The translations under genes and the position numbers were made by a program. Shown here in pieces: positions 47,399 through 56,539 of a stretch of DNA of 64,000 nucleotides; the first letter of the stretch is position 1, and each line of letters starts with the position of its first letter. The notes under the pieces are model-generated. The model did not search any database and was not told the DNA's origin. It worked only from the letters and a program-made list of their open reading frames with translations. This DNA comes from Flavobacteriales bacterium (GTDB lineage: Bacteria > Bacteroidota > Bacteroidia > Flavobacteriales_D > Parvicellaceae), in NCBI GenBank assembly GCA_029251405.1, contig JAQXDK010000044.1, positions 5,118-69,117 on the forward strand. The letters are read 5' to 3'.

Positions 47399-50272
47399 AT
47401 GGAAATTAAGAAACCAATTCTTTTGAAGTTGTTAGTTGTTATACAATTTTCAATTTTGAATATCCTATCAATAAACGGTCAAAGTTCTTGGTCCACCTTT
47501 ATTGATTCAGTTTCAACTCTTTCTTCTCCAAGATCTACGGATTTAAATAATGATGGTGTTAAAGATATTGTGCTAGGAGCAGGAACAGATTCTACATACA
47601 GTAATTATGGGGTTGTTGCCTTAAATGGTATCTCAGGTCAATTATTATGGAGTTTACCAACACCCGATGAAATTTTCACTAGTGCTGTTTTTAACGATAT
47701 TAATAATGATAGTATACCCGACGTTTTTATAGGTGGTAGAAATGCTCAGCTTTATGCAATTGATGGTGTTAACGGTAATGTTATTTGGGAATTTTTCCCT
47801 CAAAATTTAGGTTTAAATCCATCTGATTCTGGTTGGTATAATTTTTATTCATCTCAAATATGTGATGATTATGATGGGGACAATGTAAATGATATTTTAG
47901 TCACCAACGGTGGAGATCATAAGGCAGCACCCTTTGATCCTAGACCACCAGGTTATTTAATGTTAATTAGTGGAGCTACTGGAAATTTAATTGCTAATGC
48001 TGTTTCACCAGATAGTGCTGAAATATATTCATCACCAGTTATTCTAGATAGAGCTGGAGGCATGTCTCCCAGTATTATCTTTGGCACTGGAGGAGAACAG
48101 CATGGTGGCGGAATGTATGTTACTAATTTTAACGACTTAATTAACGGAGACCTATCCAATGCCATAATCCTTACCAACCATCCTACAAAAGGTTTTATTG
48201 CACCAGCTTCAATTGCAGATGTTTCAGACGATAGTTTCTTAGATATAATTGTTCAGTCCTTTTCAGGAGAATTAACTGCTTTTGACGGTCTCACTTATCA
48301 ACCTTTATGGGTAAATTCATTTTCAGGTTGTGAATCTAGTGCAGCTCCAACAATTGGGAACTTTACGGGAGGAGATTTGATACCAGATGTGTTTACAGTA
48401 GTTTACCGAGGAACAACTCCCACATATTTTGATTACTATCAAGTAATGATTAACGGTTTAACAGGAGAAATTTCTTGGATGGATAGCATTGGTAGTATGC
48501 ATTTTTCGTCTTCTTCGGCCTTTGATGCAAATGGTGACGGAAGAGATGAAGTGCTGTTTAGTGTGAATTATATTTCTAATTACTTTTCTCATCAGTTGAA
48601 GTTGGTAGATTTTCAAAATGATACTGTCTTAGACATTACTCCGCTTTCAGCTGGAGTTAATTTAGGTTGTTCTCCACTCATTGATGATATTGACTCAGAC
48701 GGTTTAATAGAATTTATCTACACCTTCAAGTATGATAGCCTGAATCCAAGTGCTTGGAAAGGCTTTTATTTTAATAGATTGAATACAAACTATTTGGTTC
48801 CATCAAGAGGAATTGCTTGGGGTTGCTATATGGGAACCAACCATACAGGTCATTATAATAGAATGTTAAACTTATGCCCAAATTCAAATTTTGTTTCTAC
48901 TTGGAGCATAAATCATCCCTCATGTAATAATTTTAACGACGGATCTGTTTATCCAGCTATAATTAATACATCTCCAAATACTTTTTTATGGTCTGATGGA
49001 TCAGTCTCAGATACACTGCAAAATGTTGCCGCTGGAATACATACGCTCTTCATAACAGATACCAATAACTGTGTAGAGTACCATCAATTTCAATTAAATG
49101 ATCCTTATTATATATCTTTTGGAAATGTAAATCATAATAACTGTATCGGAGATTCTACAGGAACAGCTACTGTATCCAGTTCTGGATGTGTTTGTCAATT
49201 CAGTACATGCACTTATAATTGGGATAATGGATCTTTGATAAAGCATGCGACAAACCTTCAAGCAGGTATGCAACACGTTGTTATAACCCATGCTGATGGA
49301 TGTGTTGTTGAAGACTCAGTGTACATTAATGATGGACTTCCAGTCATAAATGGTTATTCTTTATCTCATAATTCTTGTTACAATTTAAATGATGCTTCAA
49401 TTAAATTGTATCCAAGTGATTCTACATCTACTTTTTATAATTGGTCTAATAACTCATCATCAGATTTTATCTCTCAGTTAAGTTCCGGCCAATACTCAGT
49501 ATATGTAAATAATAATTATTGTTCAGACTCTTTATTCTTCAATATTCAATCTCCAGACACTGTAAGATTAAGTTATTTATCTAATGATGTTCTTTGTTAT
49601 GGAGATTCAAATGGTGTAATTCAACTAAATCCATTAACTGGAATTTCTCCATTCAATTTTGTTTTTGATGGTTATATTTACAACGATTCTACGTTTGACA
49701 ATTTAATTGTTGGAACCTATCAAGTATATCTTAAGGATTCTTCAAATTGTAATTCAGATACTCTAGCAATTATAATCAATGAACCAGCTCCATTATTTTT
49801 TAATTCAAGTACTATTCCTGAATCTGATTCAGGATTTTTTGATGGAATGGCTACTTTGAATGTCGGTGGAGGCACCAGTCCTTATTCTTATTTTTGGGAC
49901 CATTTACCTGCAATTAATGATTCTGTTGTTATTTACTTATCTAATGGTTTTTACCCTTTTACAATCAATGACTCCAATGGGTGCTTACTTTCTGATTCGG
50001 TATTCATCGGAATTCTTTCCGAAATCAAAGAAATAGATCAAAATAAATTAAGTGTATATCCAATACCATCTAAAGGAAAAGTAATTGTTAAAAATGAGAG
50101 CGATTTAATTTCCATAGGACAATTATTTGATTTTACTGGCAAACGTTTTAAAGACGAATTTTTAATTCAACCACTTGAGAGTTACGAATTTCAACTTCCT
50201 TACGGAAACTATTTATTAAAACTTGTACAAGGAGATTTTACTACAATGCAAAAGCTTCTTATTATTGAATAA
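47399..50272 (+). CDS. Large secreted FG-GAP/PQQ-like beta-propeller plus SprB-repeat protein with T9SS C-terminal sorting domain
   Basis: N-terminal half has repeated DxNxDGxxD-type loops (DLNNDGVKDIVLG, NDINNDSIPDVFIG, DYDGDNVNDILV, DANGDGRDEVLF, DDIDSDGLIEFIY). Then five Cys-bearing SprB-type repeats. C-terminal LSVYPIPSKGKVIVKN...NYLLKLVQG is a T9SS CTD. Confidence 0.8.
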   Translation: MEIKKPILLKLLVVIQFSILNILSINGQSSWSTFIDSVSTLSSPRSTDLNNDGVKDIVLGAGTDSTYSNYGVVALNGISGQLLWSLPTPDEIFTSAVFNDINNDSIPDVFIGGRNAQLYAIDGVNGNVIWEFFPQNLGLNPSDSGWYNFYSSQICDDYDGDNVNDILVTNGGDHKAAPFDPRPPGYLMLISGATGNLIANAVSPDSAEIYSSPVILDRAGGMSPSIIFGTGGEQHGGGMYVTNFNDLINGDLSNAIILTNHPTKGFIAPASIADVSDDSFLDIIVQSFSGELTAFDGLTYQPLWVNSFSGCESSAAPTIGNFTGGDLIPDVFTVVYRGTTPTYFDYYQVMINGLTGEISWMDSIGSMHFSSSSAFDANGDGRDEVLFSVNYISNYFSHQLKLVDFQNDTVLDITPLSAGVNLGCSPLIDDIDSDGLIEFIYTFKYDSLNPSAWKGFYFNRLNTNYLVPSRGIAWGCYMGTNHTGHYNRMLNLCPNSNFVSTWSINHPSCNNFNDGSVYPAIINTSPNTFLWSDGSVSDTLQNVAAGIHTLFITDTNNCVEYHQFQLNDPYYISFGNVNHNNCIGDSTGTATVSSSGCVCQFSTCTYNWDNGSLIKHATNLQAGMQHVVITHADGCVVEDSVYINDGLPVINGYSLSHNSCYNLNDASIKLYPSDSTSTFYNWSNNSSSDFISQLSSGQYSVYVNNNYCSDSLFFNIQSPDTVRLSYLSNDVLCYGDSNGVIQLNPLTGISPFNFVFDGYIYNDSTFDNLIVGTYQVYLKDSSNCNSDTLAIIINEPAPLFFNSSTIPESDSGFFDGMATLNVGGGTSPYSYFWDHLPAINDSVVIYLSNGFYPFTINDSNGCLLSDSVFIGILSEIKEIDQNKLSVYPIPSKGKVIVKNESDLISIGQLFDFTGKRFKDEFLIQPLESYEFQLPYGNYLLKLVQGDFTTMQKLLIIE
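48908..50011 (+). repeat. Five tandem SprB-type coding repeats (about 70-75 aa each)
   Basis: Repeat openings HPSCNNFNDGSV, HNNCIGDSTGTA, HNSCYNLNDASI, NDVLCYGDSNGVI, ESDSGFFDGMAT. Each closes with a ...C.... motif about 50 aa later. Confidence 0.6.
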
Positions 50273-51935
50273 TTTCGTTTTAATATCTTTTTTTATAACA
50301 GCTGGATTTCTGATTAGTTGTAATTCTTCTAGTAAATACACCTATCCTAAATCTATGGTAGTAACCGCACATCCATTGGCTAGTGAAGTGGGAATAGAGG
50401 TGTTAAAAAAAGGAGGTAATGCTGCAGATGCAGCTGTTGCTGTTCAGTTTGCTTTAGCAGTCGTTTATCCCTCTGCTGGAAATATTGGAGGCGGTGGATT
50501 TTTTTTGTTTAGATCTGCTAAAGGGTCCTGTTCAAGTTTAGATTTTAGAGAAAAGGCACCTTCAAAAGCGCATAGAAATATGTATTTAGATTCCAATGAT
50601 CAAGTCATCGAAAATTTAAGTCTCTATTCTCATTTAGCAGTAGGTGTTCCAGGAACAGTTGATGGTATGGTGGAAATCCATAAAAAACATGGTAAACTTC
50701 CTTGGAAAGATCTTTTAGAGCCAGCCATAAAATTGGCAGAACATGGATTCCTACTCACCACTAAAGAATCTAAGAATTTAAATAGATTTAATAAAACAAA
50801 AGCTTCAAATAGCTACAATCCATATTTTAAGAAGAAATATAAACAAGGAGACACTATTTTTCTTCCAGATTTAGCTAAAACGCTTAAAGCTATTAGAGAT
50901 TTTAAAAGAGATGGCTTTTACAAAGGAGTTGTTGCTGAAAACTTGATTGATGAAATGTCTAAAAATAACGGTTTAATAAGTCAAGAAGATTTAAACAATT
51001 ATAAGAGTGTTTGGAGAGATCCGATTTTTGGAACTTACAAAAATTACAAAGTCATAAGTATGGGACCTCCCTCAAGTGGAGGAGTTTTATTGCTGCAGAT
51101 GTTAAAAATGGCGGAATACAGTTCTTTAGACCAATTAAAATTCCACTCTAAAGAAGCTATTCACTTAATTTCCGAAATAGAAAAAAGGTCTTTTTCTGAT
51201 AGAGCAAAATATTTTGGAGATCCAGATTTTTATACTGTTCCAACAACTGATTTACTTGATACTAATTACATAAAAAATAGGTTACAGTCTATAGATAAGA
51301 ATATGGCAACTCCCTCAAAAGAAATATTTGCAGGAGAATGGGATTCTAATGAAAGTGATGAAACTACTCATTATTCTATTGTTGATCAATACGGAAATGC
51401 TACATCTGTTACTACTACACTCAATGGGGCTTTTGGAAGTGGTATTATTGTAAAAAATGCTGGTTTTTTATTAAATAATGAAATGGATGACTTTAGTGTT
51501 AAACCAGGTCACCCTAATTTATATGGTTTAATTGGTGGAGAAGCTAACTCAATTCAACCTAATAAAAGAATGCTGAGCTCAATGACTCCGACTATTTTAG
51601 AAAAAAATGGTGATCTTTTTATGGTTGTTGGTACACCAGGTGGATCCACTATAATTACTGCTGTTTTTCAAACAATTCTAAATGTGATAGAATTTAATAA
51701 ATCAATTTTAACGTCTGTAAACGCACCTAGGTTCCACCATCAATGGATTCCAGACCAAATTAAATTAGAAAAAGAATTTAGTTTAGATACTAACCTTGTA
51801 AATGAATTGAAGTCTTTAAACCATCAACTAAAATTTGTGAATTCTATGAATAGGGTAGATGCAATTTTAATTAAAAACAAAACACTATTTGGAGGTGCGG
51901 ATAAGAGAGGAGATGATTATGTTTCTTATTTTTAG
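50223..51935 (+). CDS. ggt: Gamma-glutamyltransferase (lipoprotein)
   Basis: HPLAS..G..VL..GGNA.DAA, nucleophile region ETTHYSIVD, GSGI and MSSMTPT motifs. There is no in-frame ATG before the lipobox (GFLISC), so a TTG start is needed (50223 or 50265). The start is uncertain. Confidence 0.9.
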   Translation: MYKEILLQCKSFLLLNNFVLISFFITAGFLISCNSSSKYTYPKSMVVTAHPLASEVGIEVLKKGGNAADAAVAVQFALAVVYPSAGNIGGGGFFLFRSAKGSCSSLDFREKAPSKAHRNMYLDSNDQVIENLSLYSHLAVGVPGTVDGMVEIHKKHGKLPWKDLLEPAIKLAEHGFLLTTKESKNLNRFNKTKASNSYNPYFKKKYKQGDTIFLPDLAKTLKAIRDFKRDGFYKGVVAENLIDEMSKNNGLISQEDLNNYKSVWRDPIFGTYKNYKVISMGPPSSGGVLLLQMLKMAEYSSLDQLKFHSKEAIHLISEIEKRSFSDRAKYFGDPDFYTVPTTDLLDTNYIKNRLQSIDKNMATPSKEIFAGEWDSNESDETTHYSIVDQYGNATSVTTTLNGAFGSGIIVKNAGFLLNNEMDDFSVKPGHPNLYGLIGGEANSIQPNKRMLSSMTPTILEKNGDLFMVVGTPGGSTIITAVFQTILNVIEFNKSILTSVNAPRFHHQWIPDQIKLEKEFSLDTNLVNELKSLNHQLKFVNSMNRVDAILIKNKTLFGGADKRGDDYVSYF

Positions 51936-51938
51936 ATT

Positions 51939-53381
51939 ATGAAAATTCATGTTATTGGTGCTGGAATAGGAGGTATGAGCTGTGCTGCAGTTTTAGCTAA
52001 AAATGGTTTTGAAGTGGTTGTTTTGGAGCAAAATGATTATTTCGGTGGAAAAGCCAATAGAATTAGTGAGGAAGGCTTTGAATTTGACACAGGACCTTCA
52101 TTATTAACTTATCCAGATTGGTTTGATGAATTGTTTATTTACTGTGATAAAAATCCCAGAGACTATTATAAATTTCAACGTTTAAATTTGATCACTAGAT
52201 ATTTTGTAAATAATAAAGTTGTGGATGTGATGAGTGACATAGAAAAGACAGCTGATAATTTTGAAAATAAATTTGGATTAAATAAAAAAGTATTTTTAAG
52301 GTATATCAATAAATGGATTAAGATTTATAACATATCAGAAAAAATTTTTCTCCTAAAAGAACTGAAATTCAACCTTCTTTTTTTTAAAAACGCCATCAAA
52401 TGGTTGTTTTCAACAGGTTTTAGTAATATTCTACAATCAATGTCTTCATATAATCGAAGACTAGAGAATAAATATGTAGAACCAATTATGAATAGGTTTG
52501 CTACTTACACGGGATCTTCTCCATACAAAACGCCTGCATTTATGAATCAATTAGCAATTGTAGAAATGATTAATGGGGGATATTACCCGGAAGATGGAAT
52601 ACATTCCATTCCGAAGGCTATTTATAAATTATGTCTCGAAATGGGAGTTCAATTTGTTTTCAATACTAAAATTGACGAAATAAAATATGAAAGACAATCT
52701 TTTAATATTTCGTCAGGTGCTAAAAACTATAAAAGCACAGTTGTAATTTCAAATATTGATTATTACCACACACAATTTTTATTTAATAGAAAAGTAAATA
52801 CTTCCTATTCAAAACTATCTACTTCAGCTTTTGTCTTTTATTGGGGAGTTAGAATTAATTCAGATAAGTTAAAGTTGCATAATATTTTATTTTCAAAAAA
52901 TTATGAAAATGAATTTTCTCAAATTTTTGAAGAAGGGGTTCTCCCAGATGATCCAACTATTTACATCAATATTACTTCAAAAATTAATTCTCAACATGCA
53001 CCGAAAGATTGTGAAAATTGGTTTGTCATGGTCAATACACCAGCAAATTTGGAAATAGATAATCGAGACAATATTGAAAAAATTAAAAAAGTAATAATTA
53101 AGAAAATTGAAGAAAAAATAGGTGTGGACCTATCTAAATTAATTATTTATGAAAACATTTTGACTCCCAAATCCTTGAGTGTCAGCACTGGATCTTACTT
53201 AGGTTCTTTGTATGGAGACAATCAAAATTCATTAAATGCTATCGTCAATCGCAAAAAAAATACTGATTCTACTTACAACAATTTTTATTATGTAGGAGGA
53301 ACTGTTCATCCTGGTGGTGGAATGCCATTAGCCTTAAGGTCAGGAATTAATGTTGCTAAAAAAATTATTAATGAAGCTTAG
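51939..53381 (+). CDS. Phytoene-desaturase-family (CrtI/CrtD-like) FAD oxidoreductase
   Basis: Dinucleotide fold VIGAGIGGMSCAAVLAKNGFEVVVLEQNDYFGGKA. C-terminal YYVGGTVHPGGGMP motif typical of the CrtI family. Confidence 0.8.
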   Translation: MKIHVIGAGIGGMSCAAVLAKNGFEVVVLEQNDYFGGKANRISEEGFEFDTGPSLLTYPDWFDELFIYCDKNPRDYYKFQRLNLITRYFVNNKVVDVMSDIEKTADNFENKFGLNKKVFLRYINKWIKIYNISEKIFLLKELKFNLLFFKNAIKWLFSTGFSNILQSMSSYNRRLENKYVEPIMNRFATYTGSSPYKTPAFMNQLAIVEMINGGYYPEDGIHSIPKAIYKLCLEMGVQFVFNTKIDEIKYERQSFNISSGAKNYKSTVVISNIDYYHTQFLFNRKVNTSYSKLSTSAFVFYWGVRINSDKLKLHNILFSKNYENEFSQIFEEGVLPDDPTIYINITSKINSQHAPKDCENWFVMVNTPANLEIDNRDNIEKIKKVIIKKIEEKIGVDLSKLIIYENILTPKSLSVSTGSYLGSLYGDNQNSLNAIVNRKKNTDSTYNNFYYVGGTVHPGGGMPLALRSGINVAKKIINEA

Positions 53382-53994
53382 AAAGAACTTAGTTTATGAT
53401 ATTTCATTCATTGGAATTATTTATTTAGCTGGGATAATTGGTATTAGAGTCCTTCCAGACCTATTTTTGAAAACTTCATTTATTTCAATAATTATTCCAC
53501 TCGTTATTTACCTTTTTCGTTTCAGCCCTAATAAAATCGATATGTTTTTAATGCTATTGGTTTATTTAATTGCTTTTTTTTCTGAATGGATTGGAGTTTG
53601 TTTTGGATACCTATTTGGTGACTATATATATGGTAATTCTTTGGGGTATAAGTTGGACGGAGTTCCATTAGTTATTGGAGCTAACTGGCTTATACTTTGC
53701 TTAGTTTCAAGAGATGTGGTAAGTAGAGTCTTCTCAAATAAGCTAATTATTATTGTCTTGTCATCTGTCTTGATGGTGTCAATAGATTTTTTGATAGAAC
53801 CTTTATCGAATAGTTTAGATTTTTGGACTTGGAAGAATAATACAATTCCTTTTTCAAATTATGTCGACTGGTTTTTAATTGCACTTTTGAATCAATCACT
53901 TTTTTCTTTTTTAAGTCTTAAAGAAGATATGTTTTCATGGTCCTTATCTTATTTAATTATCCTTGTTTTATTTTTTCTTACTTTTTATTTCTAA
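53350..53994 (+). CDS. Integral-membrane carotenoid biosynthesis protein (DUF422 / CruF-like)
   Basis: About 7 predicted TM helices and about 210 aa. Overlaps the crtD-like gene. Motifs GVPLVIGANW and EP....DFWTW fit my recollection of the Caroten_synth family. Confidence 0.55.
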   Translation: MLLKKLLMKLRKNLVYDISFIGIIYLAGIIGIRVLPDLFLKTSFISIIIPLVIYLFRFSPNKIDMFLMLLVYLIAFFSEWIGVCFGYLFGDYIYGNSLGYKLDGVPLVIGANWLILCLVSRDVVSRVFSNKLIIIVLSSVLMVSIDFLIEPLSNSLDFWTWKNNTIPFSNYVDWFLIALLNQSLFSFLSLKEDMFSWSLSYLIILVLFFLTFYF

Positions 53995-55103
53995 TGAGTT
54001 TTAGTTATTGGGAGAATAAACATTGGTTAACAGGTAATGATTTTACTATAGTAGGAAGTGGAATTGTTGGTTTAACATGCGCTATTTATTTAAAAGAAAG
54101 GTTTCCAAAAGCTAAAATAAACATTCTTGAAAAAGGAGTTCTGCCTCAAGGAGCAAGTACGAAAAATGCTGGATTTGCTTGTTTTGGAAGTGTTTCAGAA
54201 CTTCTAGGAGATTTAAAAAACCATTCTTCTGAAGAAGTGGTTCAGCTGATAAAAGAACGCTACAATGGTTTACAAACTTTAAGAAATTTAGTCGGCGATA
54301 TTGGTCTTGACTACCATCAACATTCAGGATATGAATTATTCACGGATCAAGTCTCTTTTGAGAATTGTAATTCGAGTTTGGAGAAAATCAATAAAATGTT
54401 ATTTCCTTTATTTAAAGACGACGTTTTCCATTTAGTTGATAATAAGTTCAATTTTAAGAATTGTCTATCTAAATACATCACGAATAAATTTGAGGGTCAA
54501 TTAGATCCTGGTAAAATGATGTCTCAGTTATTGAGAATTGCTCAAAAAAATGGAGTTAAAATTTTAAATAATACATTTGTTAAAACCTATTCTGAAGGTA
54601 AAACCCATGTGAAAATTCACAGTAATAATGGTGATTTTACAACGTCCAATCTATTGTTTGCAACTAATGGTTTTTCTAAAAATTTGGTGGATGTTGATGT
54701 GGTTCCAGCTAGAGCACAGGTTTTAATTACGAAGCCTCTGGTTGATTTGTCTGTAAAAGGAGTTTTTCATATGGAAGAAGGATATTATTATTTTAGAAAT
54801 ATAGATAACAGAATATTAATTGGTGGAGGAAGAAATTTGGACTTTAAGACTGAAGAAACTACGACATTTGGCCAAACAGAATTGATTCAATCAAAACTTG
54901 AAAAATTATTAAGAACGGTTATATTACCAGGTAAAGATTTTCAAGTTGATTACAGCTGGAGTGGGGTAATGGGAGTTGGTACTCAAAAAAAGCCAATACT
55001 TAAACAACTTTCTGACAGAACATATTGTGGTGTAAGATTGGGTGGTATGGGTGTTGCTATTGGCTGTTCAGTTGGTAAACAATTAGCTGCATTGGTAGAT
55101 TAA
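53994..55103 (+). CDS. FAD-dependent oxidoreductase (DAO family)
   Basis: Start at ATG 53994 (TAATG overlap with the previous gene). Rossmann motif TIVGSGIVGLTCAIYLKE. C-terminal GGMGVAIG. Confidence 0.75.
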   Translation: MSFSYWENKHWLTGNDFTIVGSGIVGLTCAIYLKERFPKAKINILEKGVLPQGASTKNAGFACFGSVSELLGDLKNHSSEEVVQLIKERYNGLQTLRNLVGDIGLDYHQHSGYELFTDQVSFENCNSSLEKINKMLFPLFKDDVFHLVDNKFNFKNCLSKYITNKFEGQLDPGKMMSQLLRIAQKNGVKILNNTFVKTYSEGKTHVKIHSNNGDFTTSNLLFATNGFSKNLVDVDVVPARAQVLITKPLVDLSVKGVFHMEEGYYYFRNIDNRILIGGGRNLDFKTEETTTFGQTELIQSKLEKLLRTVILPGKDFQVDYSWSGVMGVGTQKKPILKQLSDRTYCGVRLGGMGVAIGCSVGKQLAALVD

Positions 55104-56440
55104 TAGTTTTTAAAATTCTTATAACAAAGAATCCTATCATACATATCTATAGGATCTTGGTAATATACTTTTATAACATATTCATTGTTGGTTTCAAAAT
55201 GTGCTCCTTCAATGGCTCTTGTACTTATTTTTTTTGAATTTTTTGTAACGTATATGTAATTGTAAAAACCTTGTTTTAATAAAATCTTGTTGTGGTATTT
55301 TTTGGTTAAAGAATCATATTTCATTAGAAATTTTTGATCTAAAACCCAATTAGATAGCTGTCCAAATATGAAAATACTGTCTGCTATTTGTTTCCTCATG
55401 TCGAGATTGAAGTTAACCCATCCATATTCCGACTGGTAATCAAAGTCGTCATTGTCATACGTTCGAATAAAAAATCTTCCGTTCATGTCTTTATAGTCTA
55501 AATACTGTTTGTATGATCTTTTGACCTCATTCCTTAAAAGTACTTGGTAGCAAGAGTCTCTAAAAATAGTTTTGTCAACAAACTGACTACCGTTTCTAAA
55601 AGAACTTATGTCAAAAAATCTAAATTCATTAGATCCGTTGAATGTTTGGTCATCATCCTGAAGAAATACTAATTTATTTTCTTTAATAAAGTTGGGGCCA
55701 GAAAGCCACTGTTCGTTAAAATATTGATGATTTTGTTGGATATTTATAAATATATTAGAAAATGGATCAATAGTAGCACCTGAATTGTAAGTGCATTCTA
55801 TTTGGTAAGCTTGTAAATAGTTACTTTGTTCAACATTGCTAGATTCATCAATTTGAAAATTTACATTAGATAGTTGTTCACTAACGTAAAATTTTAAAAA
55901 AGCTAATGGCTGATGGGGTATGCCTTCAACAAATATTTTGATGATGTAGTTACCTGATATCAGGAATTTTGTATTCTGGTTTGGAAGATTGAAATTATAG
56001 TGCACATATTGTTGAATTGGTCCATATGATATCTGCTGGTTTTCAATGTAGTCGGAATCAAACCCTTCCACAGCATCCATGCTGTTTACGTTACTTTTTC
56101 CCCAGTTTTTGTTACAATGAATTAATTGGTATTGTAATGACTCTGGATGACCACTTAGTAAATCAAAATTTATGGATACTGGGTTTTGTGAATTCATGGT
56201 GTAAAATGGATCTCCCAAAATGATACTTCCTTTACTGAAAGTTAAACTTTTGAAATTTTCATCAAAAATCTTTTGAGTATACTTTTTTATATTCAATTCC
56301 TTTTCAATATTTTCTTCTACTACATAATATTCATTTACAGCTTGATTTTTTTGGTTTTGAATTGAACATGTTGTGAAGAATACACATATAGCCAATGCTT
56401 GTAAAATGCCATCTGTAAAGCCGTTGTTATTTATAATCAT
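55100..56440 (-). CDS. DUF5103-like protein (T9SS plug-protein family candidate)
   Basis: The pattern ...PVSINFDLLSGHPESLQYQLIHCNKNW..S......EGF....I.......Y.HYNF.LPN....ISGNYIIKIF matches the remembered DUF5103 first-domain signature. Confidence 0.5.
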   Translation of the reverse strand: MIINNNGFTDGILQALAICVFFTTCSIQNQKNQAVNEYYVVEENIEKELNIKKYTQKIFDENFKSLTFSKGSIILGDPFYTMNSQNPVSINFDLLSGHPESLQYQLIHCNKNWGKSNVNSMDAVEGFDSDYIENQQISYGPIQQYVHYNFNLPNQNTKFLISGNYIIKIFVEGIPHQPLAFLKFYVSEQLSNVNFQIDESSNVEQSNYLQAYQIECTYNSGATIDPFSNIFINIQQNHQYFNEQWLSGPNFIKENKLVFLQDDDQTFNGSNEFRFFDISSFRNGSQFVDKTIFRDSCYQVLLRNEVKRSYKQYLDYKDMNGRFFIRTYDNDDFDYQSEYGWVNFNLDMRKQIADSIFIFGQLSNWVLDQKFLMKYDSLTKKYHNKILLKQGFYNYIYVTKNSKKISTRAIEGAHFETNNEYVIKVYYQDPIDMYDRILCYKNFKNY

Positions 56441-56502
56441 TCTAAATTAGATATTGTTTAGTAATATTATTAATCACTAAATGGTAAAACAATACAAATT
56501 TA

Positions 56503-56510
56503 TAAATTTG
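56503..56510 (+). promoter_or_regulatory. -7 promoter box for the nqr operon
   Basis: TAAATTTG lies 30 nt upstream of the nqrA ATG. Confidence 0.4.
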
Positions 56511-56539
56511 TCGACCATAGAAATTAATTTTCATCATTT

